Assembly (NCBI GenBank): GCA_964592145.1
Contig: CAZQBX010000003.1
Location: 78,137-142,136 of the forward strand
Direction: 5' to 3'
Length of the DNA: 64,000 bases
Source: an uncultured Ignavibacteria bacterium
Lineage (GTDB): Bacteria > Zixibacteria > MSB-5A5 > CAIYYT01
In this document: in pieces, positions 17,761-28,163 of the stretch
Numbering within the stretch: the stretch's first letter is position 1
How the letters are laid out: the number at the start of each line of letters is the position of its first letter
Translations under genes and position numbers: made by a program
The notes under the pieces: generated by a model
Seen by the model: the letters and a program-made list of their open reading frames with translations, nothing else
Told to the model about the DNA's origin: nothing
Databases searched by the model: none

Positions 17761-20062
17761 TCGGATGAAACGTGCGTTGCGTGTGATACTGGGTCTACTT
17801 CTCGTCACTACGGGTACGATTGACGTATTGGCGGCGGACAGTTCTTCCAAACCTGCCGGTAGATTGACGGGCCAGGTCATAAACTCGGTTACGCGTGAAG
17901 CGCTAATTGGCGTTTCAATTCAAATCGAAGGTACGAAACGCGGCGCCACAACCGACATCAACGGCGAATTCGTTCTGTCCGATTTGCCGGTCGGCGAGTA
18001 TCGACTTCGGGTGTCGGCAATCGGTTATGAAACGCAAATAGTCACGGATGTGGTAGTTGCGAATGTCAGGCCAGCGAATCGTCTTGTGACATTGGTTCCA
18101 ATTCTCATCGAGACTGAAGGAGTGATTGTCCGGCCTGATTACTTCCCCCAGACATCAGAAGTGCAGATCAGCAGTAATTCCCAGTCAGCAGAGGAAATTC
18201 GCCGGCTTCCGGGAGGATTCGAGGATGTGGTACGAGCCGTTTCGATTTTGCCGGGGGTTGCACAAGCTGAACCGGGCCGCAATGACTTAGTGGTTCGCGG
18301 CGGCGCGCCATCGGAGAATTTGTTTTTGATCGACAATCTCGAAGTACCCAACATCAACCACTTCGGAACGCAGGGTGCCACCGGCGGACCGCTTAGCATC
18401 ATCAACCTGGACTTTGTTTCCGGCACAACTTTCTCAACCGGAGGATTTGGCGCTCGCTACGGTGACAAGTTGTCAAGTGTGCTGGCTTTGGAGTTGCGCG
18501 ACGGTCGAAGTGATCAACTCGGCGGCAAGGCAACGATCTCGGCCTCGCAATTCGGACTGAATCTGGAGGGACCGATTGGTCGGGGCGGATCGTTCATAGC
18601 GTCTGCACGACGGAGCTATCTGGATCTGATATTCAAGGCCGCTGGGTTTTCGTTCGTGCCGGAGTACTGGGATTTTCTGGCCAAAGCGGACTATCGACTG
18701 GATCGCAAGAATCGTGTGAGTCTTCTCGGCATTGGAGCAATCAACAATGTCAGACAGTTCAACGACGATGCCGAGGACCGCTTTGACAATTCGCGCGTGC
18801 TTGCCAATGACCAGAACCAAACTATTGGCGCGCTATCGTGGCAACACTTGTTCAGATCGGGCTATGCGACATTGACAGCTGGCCAGACATATGTCGAGTA
18901 CAATTACCGCCAGAATGACTCCCTGTTGAACCCGGTGTTTCGGAATGATGCCATTGAGCACGAGTCGTCCTTGCGTGGCGACTTGGTAGTACAGTTATCA
19001 CCGCAAACAAAGTTCACCGGTGGACTCCAGGGGAAGTTGATTCGATTCTCTGCAGATGTTGTTGTGCCGCGATTCACTGATAGTTACGGCAGCGAAATTG
19101 AGATCAACAGACAGATTGATACGACGGCACAAAAGGCTTCGGGCTATGTGCAATTGGCACAGACTCTGGGTCGAGTTAATCTTACTGTAGGTGGGCGCGT
19201 GGACTACTTCAGTCTGATTGCGGACAATGTTGCCTTGTCCCCGCGGTTCAGCGGGGCGTTCCGCTTGGCCGAAAGAACAGCTCTGAACGCAAGCGTCGGC
19301 AGATATTACCAGTCACCTTCATACATTTGGTTGGCGGCATACGAAGAAAACCGGCAATTGGAGTTCGTGGGAGTAAACCAGTATATTGTGGGAGTTGAAC
19401 GAATTGCACGTGACGATACCCGTATTACGTTAGAGGCATATCTGAAAAGCTACTTCGACTATCCAGCCAGCAACTCCCGGCCCTATCTTGTTCTTGCCAA
19501 TACCGGCGGTGGATTTGGCGGCAAGGATGAAGGATTTGCGTCGTTCGGGTTTGACCGATTGGTAAGCAAGGCTACAGGGAGAACACGCGGAGTGGAGCTG
19601 TCGGTGCAGAAGAAACTTTCGGAGATTCCGTGCTATGGGACATTGTCTGTAAGCTACAACCAATCGGAATTCACGGCACTCGATGGGATCAGGCGGCCCG
19701 GCAGCTATGATCAAAGATGGATACTGAACATTGGCGGGGGTTACCTATTCAATGAGACGTGGGAATTGGGAACGAAGTTCCGGTTCGCATCAGGCTCACC
19801 ATACACACCCTTCAACAGCGATGGAACGCAGTCTCCGGACTTGTATAATTCGAGTCGTCTGGAAGCTAATCACAGTCTTGACGTCCGACTCGACCGGCGG
19901 TGGTTTTTTAATGGCTGGACGATGATCACGTATATCGATATTCAGAATGTATATAATCACGCATTCCATCAAGTACCAAGGTGGAATGAACGAGAGCGAA
20001 CAACTGATGAAGATGAATCAATCGGGCTGCTACCGACTATTGGTCTAAGTGTGGAGTTCTAG
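17750..20062 (+). CDS. TonB-dependent outer-membrane receptor with N-terminal carboxypeptidase-regulatory-like domain
   Basis: Signal peptide; CarbopepD_reg-like segment (GVSIQIEGTKRGATTDINGEFVLSDLPVGEYRLRVSAIGY); plug region (DLVVRGGAPSENLFLIDNLEV); C-terminal beta-barrel ending in F. Confidence 0.7.
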   Translation: MLDSRMKRALRVILGLLLVTTGTIDVLAADSSSKPAGRLTGQVINSVTREALIGVSIQIEGTKRGATTDINGEFVLSDLPVGEYRLRVSAIGYETQIVTDVVVANVRPANRLVTLVPILIETEGVIVRPDYFPQTSEVQISSNSQSAEEIRRLPGGFEDVVRAVSILPGVAQAEPGRNDLVVRGGAPSENLFLIDNLEVPNINHFGTQGATGGPLSIINLDFVSGTTFSTGGFGARYGDKLSSVLALELRDGRSDQLGGKATISASQFGLNLEGPIGRGGSFIASARRSYLDLIFKAAGFSFVPEYWDFLAKADYRLDRKNRVSLLGIGAINNVRQFNDDAEDRFDNSRVLANDQNQTIGALSWQHLFRSGYATLTAGQTYVEYNYRQNDSLLNPVFRNDAIEHESSLRGDLVVQLSPQTKFTGGLQGKLIRFSADVVVPRFTDSYGSEIEINRQIDTTAQKASGYVQLAQTLGRVNLTVGGRVDYFSLIADNVALSPRFSGAFRLAERTALNASVGRYYQSPSYIWLAAYEENRQLEFVGVNQYIVGVERIARDDTRITLEAYLKSYFDYPASNSRPYLVLANTGGGFGGKDEGFASFGFDRLVSKATGRTRGVELSVQKKLSEIPCYGTLSVSYNQSEFTALDGIRRPGSYDQRWILNIGGGYLFNETWELGTKFRFASGSPYTPFNSDGTQSPDLYNSSRLEANHSLDVRLDRRWFFNGWTMITYIDIQNVYNHAFHQVPRWNERERTTDEDESIGLLPTIGLSVEF

Positions 20063-20070
20063 TTCACGTA

Positions 20071-21513
20071 ATGAAGATCTTAGTTACAGGCGCCACGGGA
20101 TATATCGGCGGACGACTTCTGAAAGCGCTCGAAGCGGGCGGGCATCAAGTGCGATGCCTGGCGCGCAAGCCGGAATACCTGAAATCGAAGGTCGCCCAAA
20201 GAACCGAAATTGTTGAAGGCGACGTCGCCGACAAGGAGTCACTGCAAAAGGCGCTTGTGGGCGTTGATGTCGCATACTACCTCGTGCATTCGATGGCGGC
20301 CGGCGATGAGTTTGCGAGCCGCGATCGACAAGGCGCCGAGAACTTCGCCGTGGTTGCAAAAGAGTGCGGCGTAGGGCGAATCATCTACCTCGGAGGCCTG
20401 GGGAGCGATCGAGAGCTCTCAAAACATCTGTCAAGCCGTCAAGAGGTCGGAGAGTGTTTACGCAGCACCGGCATAACGACAATCGAGTTTCGCGCATCGA
20501 TCATCATCGGTTCGGGAAGTTTGTCTTTCGAGATGATTCGCGCTTTGGTGAGCAAGTTGCCAGTCATGGTTACACCGCGCTGGACAAGAACGCTTTCACA
20601 GCCAATCGCGGTAGAGGACGTAATCGAGTACCTCATCGCCGGACTGGACGTTAAGTGTCGCGAGAGCACCGTCGTTGAATTCGGCGGTGCTGACAAGGTG
20701 TCCTATCTGGATATCATGAAGGAATTCTCCCGCCAGCGAAACCTTAAAAGGATCATCATACCAGTGCCGATTCTCTCGACCTACATTTCGAGTTTATGGC
20801 TGGGCTTTGTTACGCCGGTTTACGCTGGAATCGGCCGGAAGCTGATTGATAGCGTGCGCAATGAGACCGTGGTAACAAACAATCTGGCCGAGAGGATGTT
20901 CACAATCCGTCCACGCGGCATCCGCCAGGCTGTGGAGCGTGCACTGAAGTATGAAGACCAGAGTTTTGCGCAGACGCGCTGGAGTGACGCGCTGTCCTCG
21001 ATACCCGCCCGCCGACCCTGGGGCGGAATCAAGTTTGGCTCACGGCTCGTCGACTCACGCAGCATCACTGTGCATTGTACTCGCGAAGAGGCTTTTGCTC
21101 CAATCCGCCGCATCGGTGGAAAGACCGGCTGGTACTACGGCAACTGGTTACGGAGACTGCGCGGCCTAATGGACATTCTGGTGCGCGGTGCCGGTCTTCG
21201 TCGCGGCCGCCGCAACCCCGAAGAATTGGTTGTCGGCGATACTGTTGATTTCTGGCGCGTGGAAGCATACGAGCCTGGCCATTTGCTGCGGCTTTCTGCT
21301 GAAATGAAGGTTCCTGGGCGGGCATGGCTGCAATTCGAAGTCAGCGGTGATGGAGACAGTTCAGTCATCAGACAGACAGCGTTGTTCGATCCGGCCGGAG
21401 CATTCGGACTACTCTATTGGTACACGCTCTATCCAATTCACGAATTGGTGTTTAAGGGGATGCTCAATCGAATAGCGCGAAGCGCAAGCCAGCAAGGCAC
21501 CCGCTCCTGTTGA
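20071..21513 (+). CDS. NAD(P)H-binding NmrA/SDR-like protein fused to a DUF2867-like C-terminal domain
   Basis: MKILVTGATGYIGGRLL Rossmann motif; 480 aa two-domain architecture. Confidence 0.7.
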   Translation: MKILVTGATGYIGGRLLKALEAGGHQVRCLARKPEYLKSKVAQRTEIVEGDVADKESLQKALVGVDVAYYLVHSMAAGDEFASRDRQGAENFAVVAKECGVGRIIYLGGLGSDRELSKHLSSRQEVGECLRSTGITTIEFRASIIIGSGSLSFEMIRALVSKLPVMVTPRWTRTLSQPIAVEDVIEYLIAGLDVKCRESTVVEFGGADKVSYLDIMKEFSRQRNLKRIIIPVPILSTYISSLWLGFVTPVYAGIGRKLIDSVRNETVVTNNLAERMFTIRPRGIRQAVERALKYEDQSFAQTRWSDALSSIPARRPWGGIKFGSRLVDSRSITVHCTREEAFAPIRRIGGKTGWYYGNWLRRLRGLMDILVRGAGLRRGRRNPEELVVGDTVDFWRVEAYEPGHLLRLSAEMKVPGRAWLQFEVSGDGDSSVIRQTALFDPAGAFGLLYWYTLYPIHELVFKGMLNRIARSASQQGTRSC

Positions 21514-21544
21514 CATCCGGCGCGATTAGCGGTATGATGGAATA

Positions 21545-22459
21545 ATGCAGTTTGAACTACCCGCGGAGTTTCTCCAGCGCTACGAATCTCTTTCCGATGA
21601 ACCCGAGAAATTCTTTGACGCTTTGTTGCGGCCGTTGCCGCGATCGTGCCGCGTCAACACTCTTAAGGCAGAAGTACAACATGTACGGGAGCGCTTTGAA
21701 GGGTACGGAATTCCGCTGCATGCCTGTCCATGGTACGAACACGCTTTCAGTTCGAACGATGTGCGACTTGGAGCGACGCTGGAGCATTTCATCGGTGCGA
21801 TTTACATTCAGGATTTGACCTCGATGCTACCGCCTCTCGTGGTCCGTTCGGAACTTACCGGTGCAAAGTCGGTGCTCGATGCCTGCGCGGCGCCCGGCTC
21901 CAAAACGACTCAACTGGCGGCATTGATGAATAATCGCGGCACCATCGTCGCGAATGATCTGGAATATGATCGCATCCGGGCACTCAAGTTCAATTTGGAG
22001 AAGACCGGTGCGCTGAACACGGTGGTTACGAATTACGATCTCCGCAATTTTCCCGAGACGGAATTCGACATCGTCTTGTTGGATGCACCGTGTACCTCCG
22101 AAGGCACAATGCGAAAAGACCGCAAACTATTCATTTGGTGGTCGCCAAAACGAATTCCGGCAAGCGCGAATCGTCAGAAGCAGCTTATCACGAAGGCGTT
22201 TGATTTGTTGCGCGTCGGCGGTACGATGGTCTATTCGACCTGCACTTTTGCCCCGGAAGAGAACGAAGAGATTATCCAGCACTTGCTGGAAAATCGGCCG
22301 GCGGAATTGGAGCCGATTGAGATCCCGGGATTGACGATGACAAACGGATTGACCTCGTGGCAAGGCAAGGATTTCGATCCGCGATTGGCCAATACAAAGC
22401 GCATATTTCCGCATTTTCATGATACCGGCGGATTCTTCCTGGCAAAGGTGCGCAAGTGA
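21545..22459 (+). CDS. RsmB/RsmF (NOL1/NOP2/Sun)-family RNA cytosine-C5 methyltransferase
   Basis: SAM-binding DACAAPGSKTTQLA, catalytic DAPCTSEGTMRKD and TCT/FAPEENE motifs. Confidence 0.75.
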   Translation: MQFELPAEFLQRYESLSDEPEKFFDALLRPLPRSCRVNTLKAEVQHVRERFEGYGIPLHACPWYEHAFSSNDVRLGATLEHFIGAIYIQDLTSMLPPLVVRSELTGAKSVLDACAAPGSKTTQLAALMNNRGTIVANDLEYDRIRALKFNLEKTGALNTVVTNYDLRNFPETEFDIVLLDAPCTSEGTMRKDRKLFIWWSPKRIPASANRQKQLITKAFDLLRVGGTMVYSTCTFAPEENEEIIQHLLENRPAELEPIEIPGLTMTNGLTSWQGKDFDPRLANTKRIFPHFHDTGGFFLAKVRK

Positions 22460-22914
22460 TCGACTACTGCGAACCGGAAATTCGCGATCAGGTCCTCGAT
22501 TATCTGGAACTGCGATTTGGACTTGTCCGGACGCTGTTCGATGACTTCGGGTTTTACGCCGGCCCCAAAGGACGGGTGATAGTCGGTCCGAAGCAATATG
22601 ATGAAACGATTGTACCGGATACTGCCGGTTTGCTTATCGCTCGCGTCCACAAGAGCGTCAAACCGACGACCAATTTACTGCAAATTTTCGGCGCACTGGC
22701 GACGCGCAACACGATTACACTGTCGCGAGCACAGACCCTGAAGTATCTTCAGGGTTTGGATATCAAGCCGACCGAGGATGATATTGTGGATGCCACGAAT
22801 GGTTATGTGCTGTTGCGCTATGATCGCTATGCGCTCGGGTGCGGACTTTTTCAAGATGGCCAGGTGAAGAACATGTTGCCACGTGCCAAGCGGATTGAGC
22901 TGGAGTATCTGTAG
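22456..22914 (+). CDS. Hypothetical protein, possibly a detached C-terminal accessory domain of the RsmB/F-family methyltransferase
   Basis: 4-nt overlap (ATGA) with the upstream gene; 152 aa; no catalytic motifs recognised. Confidence 0.35.
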   Translation: MIDYCEPEIRDQVLDYLELRFGLVRTLFDDFGFYAGPKGRVIVGPKQYDETIVPDTAGLLIARVHKSVKPTTNLLQIFGALATRNTITLSRAQTLKYLQGLDIKPTEDDIVDATNGYVLLRYDRYALGCGLFQDGQVKNMLPRAKRIELEYL

Positions 22915-23023
22915 CGAAACAATGAGCCTTGACAGATCGCGGCAATCACATTAGTTTTGATAATTAAGTAACTGCTTACCGAATGCCGGTTCGGCGAGTC
23001 TACGTCAGATCAGGAGAACAACC

Positions 23024-24850
23024 ATGTCCAATGTCAGTACTTCGACCAAAGCGAAGGCTTCCTCACCACAATGGGAGCTCGATTCGATATTTCCCGGGGG
23101 GAGCGCCTCGCCGGAGTTCAGAAAATTCTGCGACGCAATCCGCAGCGATCTGGAGAAGCTTGCCGCCGATGTAAAGGCTCTGCCGGCGGTGCTGAACGAT
23201 TCGAGTCGGGCGCAGTGGATTTCTGCCATCCTGGAGTTTCAACGACTTGGTGCGCACATTGAGATGGCGCGGTCGTTTGCGCATTGCCTGACCTCGCAAA
23301 ACGTTAAGGATGATCCTGCGCATGCACTTGAGGGCGAAGTCGACAACTATATCGCTTCATGGCTGAATCTGCGTACCGGATTCGAAGCCAGTTTTGCCGG
23401 TCACACTGATGTCGAATGGGAGAGATTGACTGCGGACGGACAGGTAGCCGAGATCAAGTTCCCGCTGGACGAAATGCGGCGCATGGCGAAGCACAAAATG
23501 GCGCCGCAGCTCGAGGCGCTGGCGCAGGAATTGGCGGTCAACGGTTATCACGGCTGGTCGCGGCTGTATGACAAGATTTCCGGGGAGATCGCTGTCGAGT
23601 TTGCCGAGAGCGATACAGTGGAAACGATGTCGGTCGGACAGCTCTCGAACAAATTCCAGCATCCTGACCGCGATGTCAGACGCCGCGCATTCGCGACCTT
23701 TGAGAAGGTCTGGGCGAATGAAGCAAGTGTCTGCGCATCGGTCCTGAATGCCCAGGCGGGATTCCGGCTGGCATTGTATCGCAATCGCGGCTGGAAGAGC
23801 GCCCTGGTCGAACCGTTGATGCTTAACCGCAGCCAGCAGGAAACGTTGGATGCAATGTGGAGCGCGGTAAAGTCGGTTATTCCTGATCTGAAACGTTACA
23901 CAGATGCAAAAAAGAAATTGATGGGGACGGACAAATTCTGCTGGTACGATCAATTTGCTCCGGTAGGACATCTCGACCTGGAATTCACTTATGATCAGGC
24001 GGCCGATTTCATTGTCAAGCATTTGGGTTCGTTCTCGGAAGAGATGGCGAAGTTCTCGCGGATGGCGATTGACAAACGCTGGATTGAAGCCGAGGATCGA
24101 GCCGGCAAAGCCGACGGCGCCTATTGCACTGGGTTGAACCTGAAGGGTGAATCGCGGGTGTTCATGACGTATTCCAATGATTACAGCAGCATGTCGACAC
24201 TCGCGCACGAATTGGGCCATGCTTACCATCAGTGGGTCCTGAAGGACACGCCGCAATTGGCCACCGAGTACCCGATGGGATTGGCGGAAACCGCTTCAAT
24301 TTTCAATGAACTTCGCGTTGGCAGCGCCGCTTTGCAGGAGGTCAGCGATCGACAGGGCAAGTTGTTGCTGATTGACCAGGAACTGCAGGGCACGTTGATC
24401 CTCTTCTGCAACATCTATGCGCGTTATCTATTTGATAGGCGCTTCTATGAAGAGCGGGCCAGCGGAATTGTCGGCAAGAATCGTCTCGACGAAATGATGC
24501 TCGCCGCACAGAAAGACGCCTTTGGTGATATCCTTGATCCAAAGGAAGGGTATCATCCCCTATTCTGGGCATCGAAACTTCATTTCTTCATTACCGATGT
24601 GCCGTTTTACAATTTCCCGTATACGATGGGATTCTTGTTTGCGGGCGGTGTCTATGAGCGCGCAGAGCAGGAAGGCAAAGGTTTCGCAAAGAAGTACCGC
24701 AGTTTGCTTGAGGATACCGGCAAGATGACGACGGAGCAGGTGGCTAAGAAGCATCTGGGTGTCGATTTGACCAAGGATGAATTCTGGCAATCGGCAGTTC
24801 AACGAGCGACAGCCCGGATTGACGAGTTTGTCCAGCTTGTCAATAAATAG
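23024..24850 (+). CDS. pepF: Oligoendopeptidase F (M3B family)
   Basis: HELGHAYHQ zinc motif, about 600 aa, typical PepF length. Confidence 0.8.
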   Translation: MSNVSTSTKAKASSPQWELDSIFPGGSASPEFRKFCDAIRSDLEKLAADVKALPAVLNDSSRAQWISAILEFQRLGAHIEMARSFAHCLTSQNVKDDPAHALEGEVDNYIASWLNLRTGFEASFAGHTDVEWERLTADGQVAEIKFPLDEMRRMAKHKMAPQLEALAQELAVNGYHGWSRLYDKISGEIAVEFAESDTVETMSVGQLSNKFQHPDRDVRRRAFATFEKVWANEASVCASVLNAQAGFRLALYRNRGWKSALVEPLMLNRSQQETLDAMWSAVKSVIPDLKRYTDAKKKLMGTDKFCWYDQFAPVGHLDLEFTYDQAADFIVKHLGSFSEEMAKFSRMAIDKRWIEAEDRAGKADGAYCTGLNLKGESRVFMTYSNDYSSMSTLAHELGHAYHQWVLKDTPQLATEYPMGLAETASIFNELRVGSAALQEVSDRQGKLLLIDQELQGTLILFCNIYARYLFDRRFYEERASGIVGKNRLDEMMLAAQKDAFGDILDPKEGYHPLFWASKLHFFITDVPFYNFPYTMGFLFAGGVYERAEQEGKGFAKKYRSLLEDTGKMTTEQVAKKHLGVDLTKDEFWQSAVQRATARIDEFVQLVNK

Positions 24851-24883
24851 CCTAAGAGATCTTCTTGTCATAAACTAACTCCA

Positions 24884-24910
24884 AGCGCCCGATTGTTGTC
24901 GGGCGCTTTT
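24884..24910 (+). terminator. Rho-independent terminator after pepF (stem agcgcccga/tcgggcgct, loop ttgttg, then TTTT)
   Basis: Seen directly, 34 nt after the stop. Confidence 0.55.
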
Positions 24911-25017
24911 CCGTCGCGTTACCATGCCATTAATGAAGAAGCCATCAATAGACTTGACTTCGATGCGATCCAAAGGTTGATTGGGTGATTATTAGGTCAT
25001 TCTTTCGGGAGGATTAA

Positions 25018-27612
25018 ATGTCGTTTCGTCGCTTTATCGCAGTACTGCTTTTCGTTACACTTTCCACCGCCGCTTATGCGGGCTTGCCGTCCACCAAGGT
25101 TACGCTTGAAAACGGACTTGAGGCAATCTTTGTCGAGAATCACTCGTCGCCGATGATTACATCGATTGTCTTTGTCAATGCCGGTGCACGATACGAGAAC
25201 CAGTTCAATAACGGCGCCACGCATTTCCTCGAACATCTGCTGTTTGACGGTACGAAGACCAAATCACAGTCTGAACTGGACGACCTGATCGAGCGACACG
25301 GAGGATACATTAACGCGTTTACGCGCAAGGACCTGACTGCTTACCTCGTTCTGATGCCAACCGACTACATCGATTACGGTCTTGACGTGCAGTCCGACCA
25401 GCTATTCAATTCAATTCTCCCCGAAGACCAATTTCCGAAAGAACGTAAGGTCGTAATCGAAGAGATTCGGCAGAGCCATGATCGCATTGACGACCTTGTC
25501 GATGACTTGCATCAGTCCGTTGTCTTTGCGGGCACTCCCTATGCGCGGCCGGTGTTGGGCTATGAGAATCTCATCAACACCGTGACGCGGCAAGAAATTC
25601 TGGACTACTATCAGACATACTATGCGCCAAACAACATGGTGGCGCTGGTGATCGGTGATTTCAACACAGCCGACATGGTCAAAAAGTATAAGCAGTACTT
25701 TGGCTCTGCACCGGCGAAAGCGATTCCAGCGGTGCCGCAGTTTGCCGTGAATCTTCCGAATGAGAAGAAAATCGTGAAGCAGGAAATGGAAAGCAAGAGC
25801 TGCTACCTGAACTTCACTTCCCGCGCACCGCTGTGGTCAGATCCCGATTACTTCGCCTTCTACATCCTCAATGATCTGCTCAATACACAGGGTGTTTCGC
25901 CGCTGCTGAAGGCGATATCGGGTCCGGATGGCAGCTTGACACAATCGGTGTCGGCTTCAGTCAATACACAGAAGGACTTCAGCACTTATGACATTTCGAT
26001 CAAGACTGACTCCATCCAGAACGTGCAGAAGGTGATTGACCTGTTGAATCAGGCAATGGAACAGACAGTCGCGACGTGGGAGCCGAGCGAGGCCGATATC
26101 AGATCGGTCATTACTTCGGCGAAGACGAGCGATATCTACCTTAAGGAAAAATTGCATTACTACGGATTCCAGGTAGCTCCGCTGATGGTCGCGACCGGGT
26201 ACGACTTCATCGACAACATGACGGCCAATATGGAGAAGGTGAAACCGGCGGATGTCAAGCGGGTGGCGGCGAAGTACTTCAAGCAATACAATTATATTGC
26301 GACCGTCGTTACGCCGTTTGCTGAGACAAAAACCTCGGCGGCGGCACAGATCAAGAGCAAGTACCTGCACGAAACGCTGCCAAATGGACTGGAAGTGATC
26401 ATCAAGTCGAATCCATACTCGCAGGTCCAGGCCTTCATGGTGCTGGGCAAAAACCGGGCGGCGATGGAACCACAGGGCAAGGAAGGCATCACTGATTTTG
26501 TCAACCGCATGCTCACTCACGGGACGAAGAATTACAGTACCGAGGCGATGTCGCGGGCGCTGGCAGCGATTGGCGCAAATTTAACGACGAATGACAATCC
26601 ATACATCCCCTATGATGATCGCTACACATCGCGGCAGTTCTCCTTCCTGAAACTGGAGACAATCTCGGACTTTACCGACAAGGGGATTGAGTTGCTCGCG
26701 GAGATGGTAAAAAACGCCACATTCCCGGAGAGTGAAGTTGAACAGGTGCGCGGCGAAGTCATGGGTATCCTCGGGATGCAATCGGGATCGACATCTGATC
26801 TGGCGAAGAACATATATTATGACTTGCTCTTCAAAGACACGCGCTTCACCAGCCCCGAGACCGGAACCATGCGATCCGTAGGCGGTTTCACGGCGGAGGA
26901 TTTAAGAGCACACTATTCTAAGTTCTACGCAGCGAATAATGTGATTCTGTCGGTCTGCACCGACCTGGAACCAGAGCAGATGCTCTCGAAGATCAGGAGC
27001 GCGTTCGGAGATCTGCCGAAGGTGGATCTCGGGACTGTCCCGGCTGTTGCGCCAAGACTGATCACAGGAGAACTCAAAGAGAACAAGCCGATGGAAAAAA
27101 AGCAGGCGTACATGTACATCGGCAACGCAGTATGCGGCGCTTCGAGCCCTGATGCGGTTGTGATGCGGGTCGCGGTTGACATACTCTCAACACGTCTCGG
27201 AAAGGTCTTGCGCGAGCAGCAAGGATTGGCTTATCGCGTAGGCGCTGGTGTCGGATTTGACCGCGACTTCGGCTGGTTTTCGGCGGCAATGGGTACCGGA
27301 GTTGAGAACTATGCGGTCGCAAAAGCCGGGATCTTACATCTGATTGATTCAATGCGAACTGTGGAAGTTTCTGCCGAGGAACTTGAACGTTCGGTCAATT
27401 CACTCTGGGGATCGCAGTTGACGGCGCGCCTCTCGCGGATCAACCAGGCTTACTATATGGCGGTGAATCAATTTCTCGTTGGGAAATATGATGTTGAGGA
27501 TGATTTGATCACCGCAATGAAAGCGGTTACAGCCGCTGATGTCAAGCGCGTGGCGGAGAAGTATTTTGACACAAAGAACTATGTGGTCGCTACCGTCGGA
27601 GCGCCGGAGTAA
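25018..27612 (+). CDS. Secreted M16-family zinc peptidase (tandem active/inactive domain pairs)
   Basis: Signal peptide (MSFRRFIAVLLFVTLSTAAYA); HxxEH motif (HFLEHLLFDGT); 864 aa. Confidence 0.8.
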   Translation: MSFRRFIAVLLFVTLSTAAYAGLPSTKVTLENGLEAIFVENHSSPMITSIVFVNAGARYENQFNNGATHFLEHLLFDGTKTKSQSELDDLIERHGGYINAFTRKDLTAYLVLMPTDYIDYGLDVQSDQLFNSILPEDQFPKERKVVIEEIRQSHDRIDDLVDDLHQSVVFAGTPYARPVLGYENLINTVTRQEILDYYQTYYAPNNMVALVIGDFNTADMVKKYKQYFGSAPAKAIPAVPQFAVNLPNEKKIVKQEMESKSCYLNFTSRAPLWSDPDYFAFYILNDLLNTQGVSPLLKAISGPDGSLTQSVSASVNTQKDFSTYDISIKTDSIQNVQKVIDLLNQAMEQTVATWEPSEADIRSVITSAKTSDIYLKEKLHYYGFQVAPLMVATGYDFIDNMTANMEKVKPADVKRVAAKYFKQYNYIATVVTPFAETKTSAAAQIKSKYLHETLPNGLEVIIKSNPYSQVQAFMVLGKNRAAMEPQGKEGITDFVNRMLTHGTKNYSTEAMSRALAAIGANLTTNDNPYIPYDDRYTSRQFSFLKLETISDFTDKGIELLAEMVKNATFPESEVEQVRGEVMGILGMQSGSTSDLAKNIYYDLLFKDTRFTSPETGTMRSVGGFTAEDLRAHYSKFYAANNVILSVCTDLEPEQMLSKIRSAFGDLPKVDLGTVPAVAPRLITGELKENKPMEKKQAYMYIGNAVCGASSPDAVVMRVAVDILSTRLGKVLREQQGLAYRVGAGVGFDRDFGWFSAAMGTGVENYAVAKAGILHLIDSMRTVEVSAEELERSVNSLWGSQLTARLSRINQAYYMAVNQFLVGKYDVEDDLITAMKAVTAADVKRVAEKYFDTKNYVVATVGAPE

Positions 27613-27617
27613 ACTCA

Positions 27618-28163
27618 CTAACGGCCGACTGCGCGCAGTGCTTCGAGATGTTCGGGCCAATAACGAGCGATGTCGGATTCAGTAACGAGTCGTCCGGACA
27701 ACGACAGCAACACGAAGGAATCGCCGGTATCGTGATACCAACCGGCAGTTAGTGCGCCAAGAAATGAAATCGGGCCAACGCTGATGAGTCTCGGTTCCGG
27801 GTCGATCACGCCTTGCTCATCCATCTCGAAGCGGGCGCCCTCGGTGGAAAAAAGATTGAGCTTGAGCGTTTTGACGTTGGATTTCGAACAGATTTCCGTG
27901 ACTGAATTGCGCTTCGGGTCATCGCGATAAACGGAGACGAGAACACCGTTTCGAATCACAGGGACAATCAAAAAATCCTTAAACTTCTCTCCATAGCCAG
28001 CCACTCGCAAAGCAGCGCCGACTGAATCACCGGCAGCGCCAGCTGTTTTCAGTTCCGCCGAGACCATTCGACGCATTTGATCCGGTGTGATTTCATCAGC
28101 CGGTGCGACAGCGAACAAACTGAACACAATTGCAGCAACGGCAGTCAACTTAATCAGGTTCAT
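27618..28163 (-). CDS. Hypothetical exported protein
   Basis: N-terminal signal peptide (MNLIKLTAVAAIVFSLFAVAPA); no motif recognised. Confidence 0.4.
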   Translation of the reverse strand: MNLIKLTAVAAIVFSLFAVAPADEITPDQMRRMVSAELKTAGAAGDSVGAALRVAGYGEKFKDFLIVPVIRNGVLVSVYRDDPKRNSVTEICSKSNVKTLKLNLFSTEGARFEMDEQGVIDPEPRLISVGPISFLGALTAGWYHDTGDSFVLLSLSGRLVTESDIARYWPEHLEALRAVGR

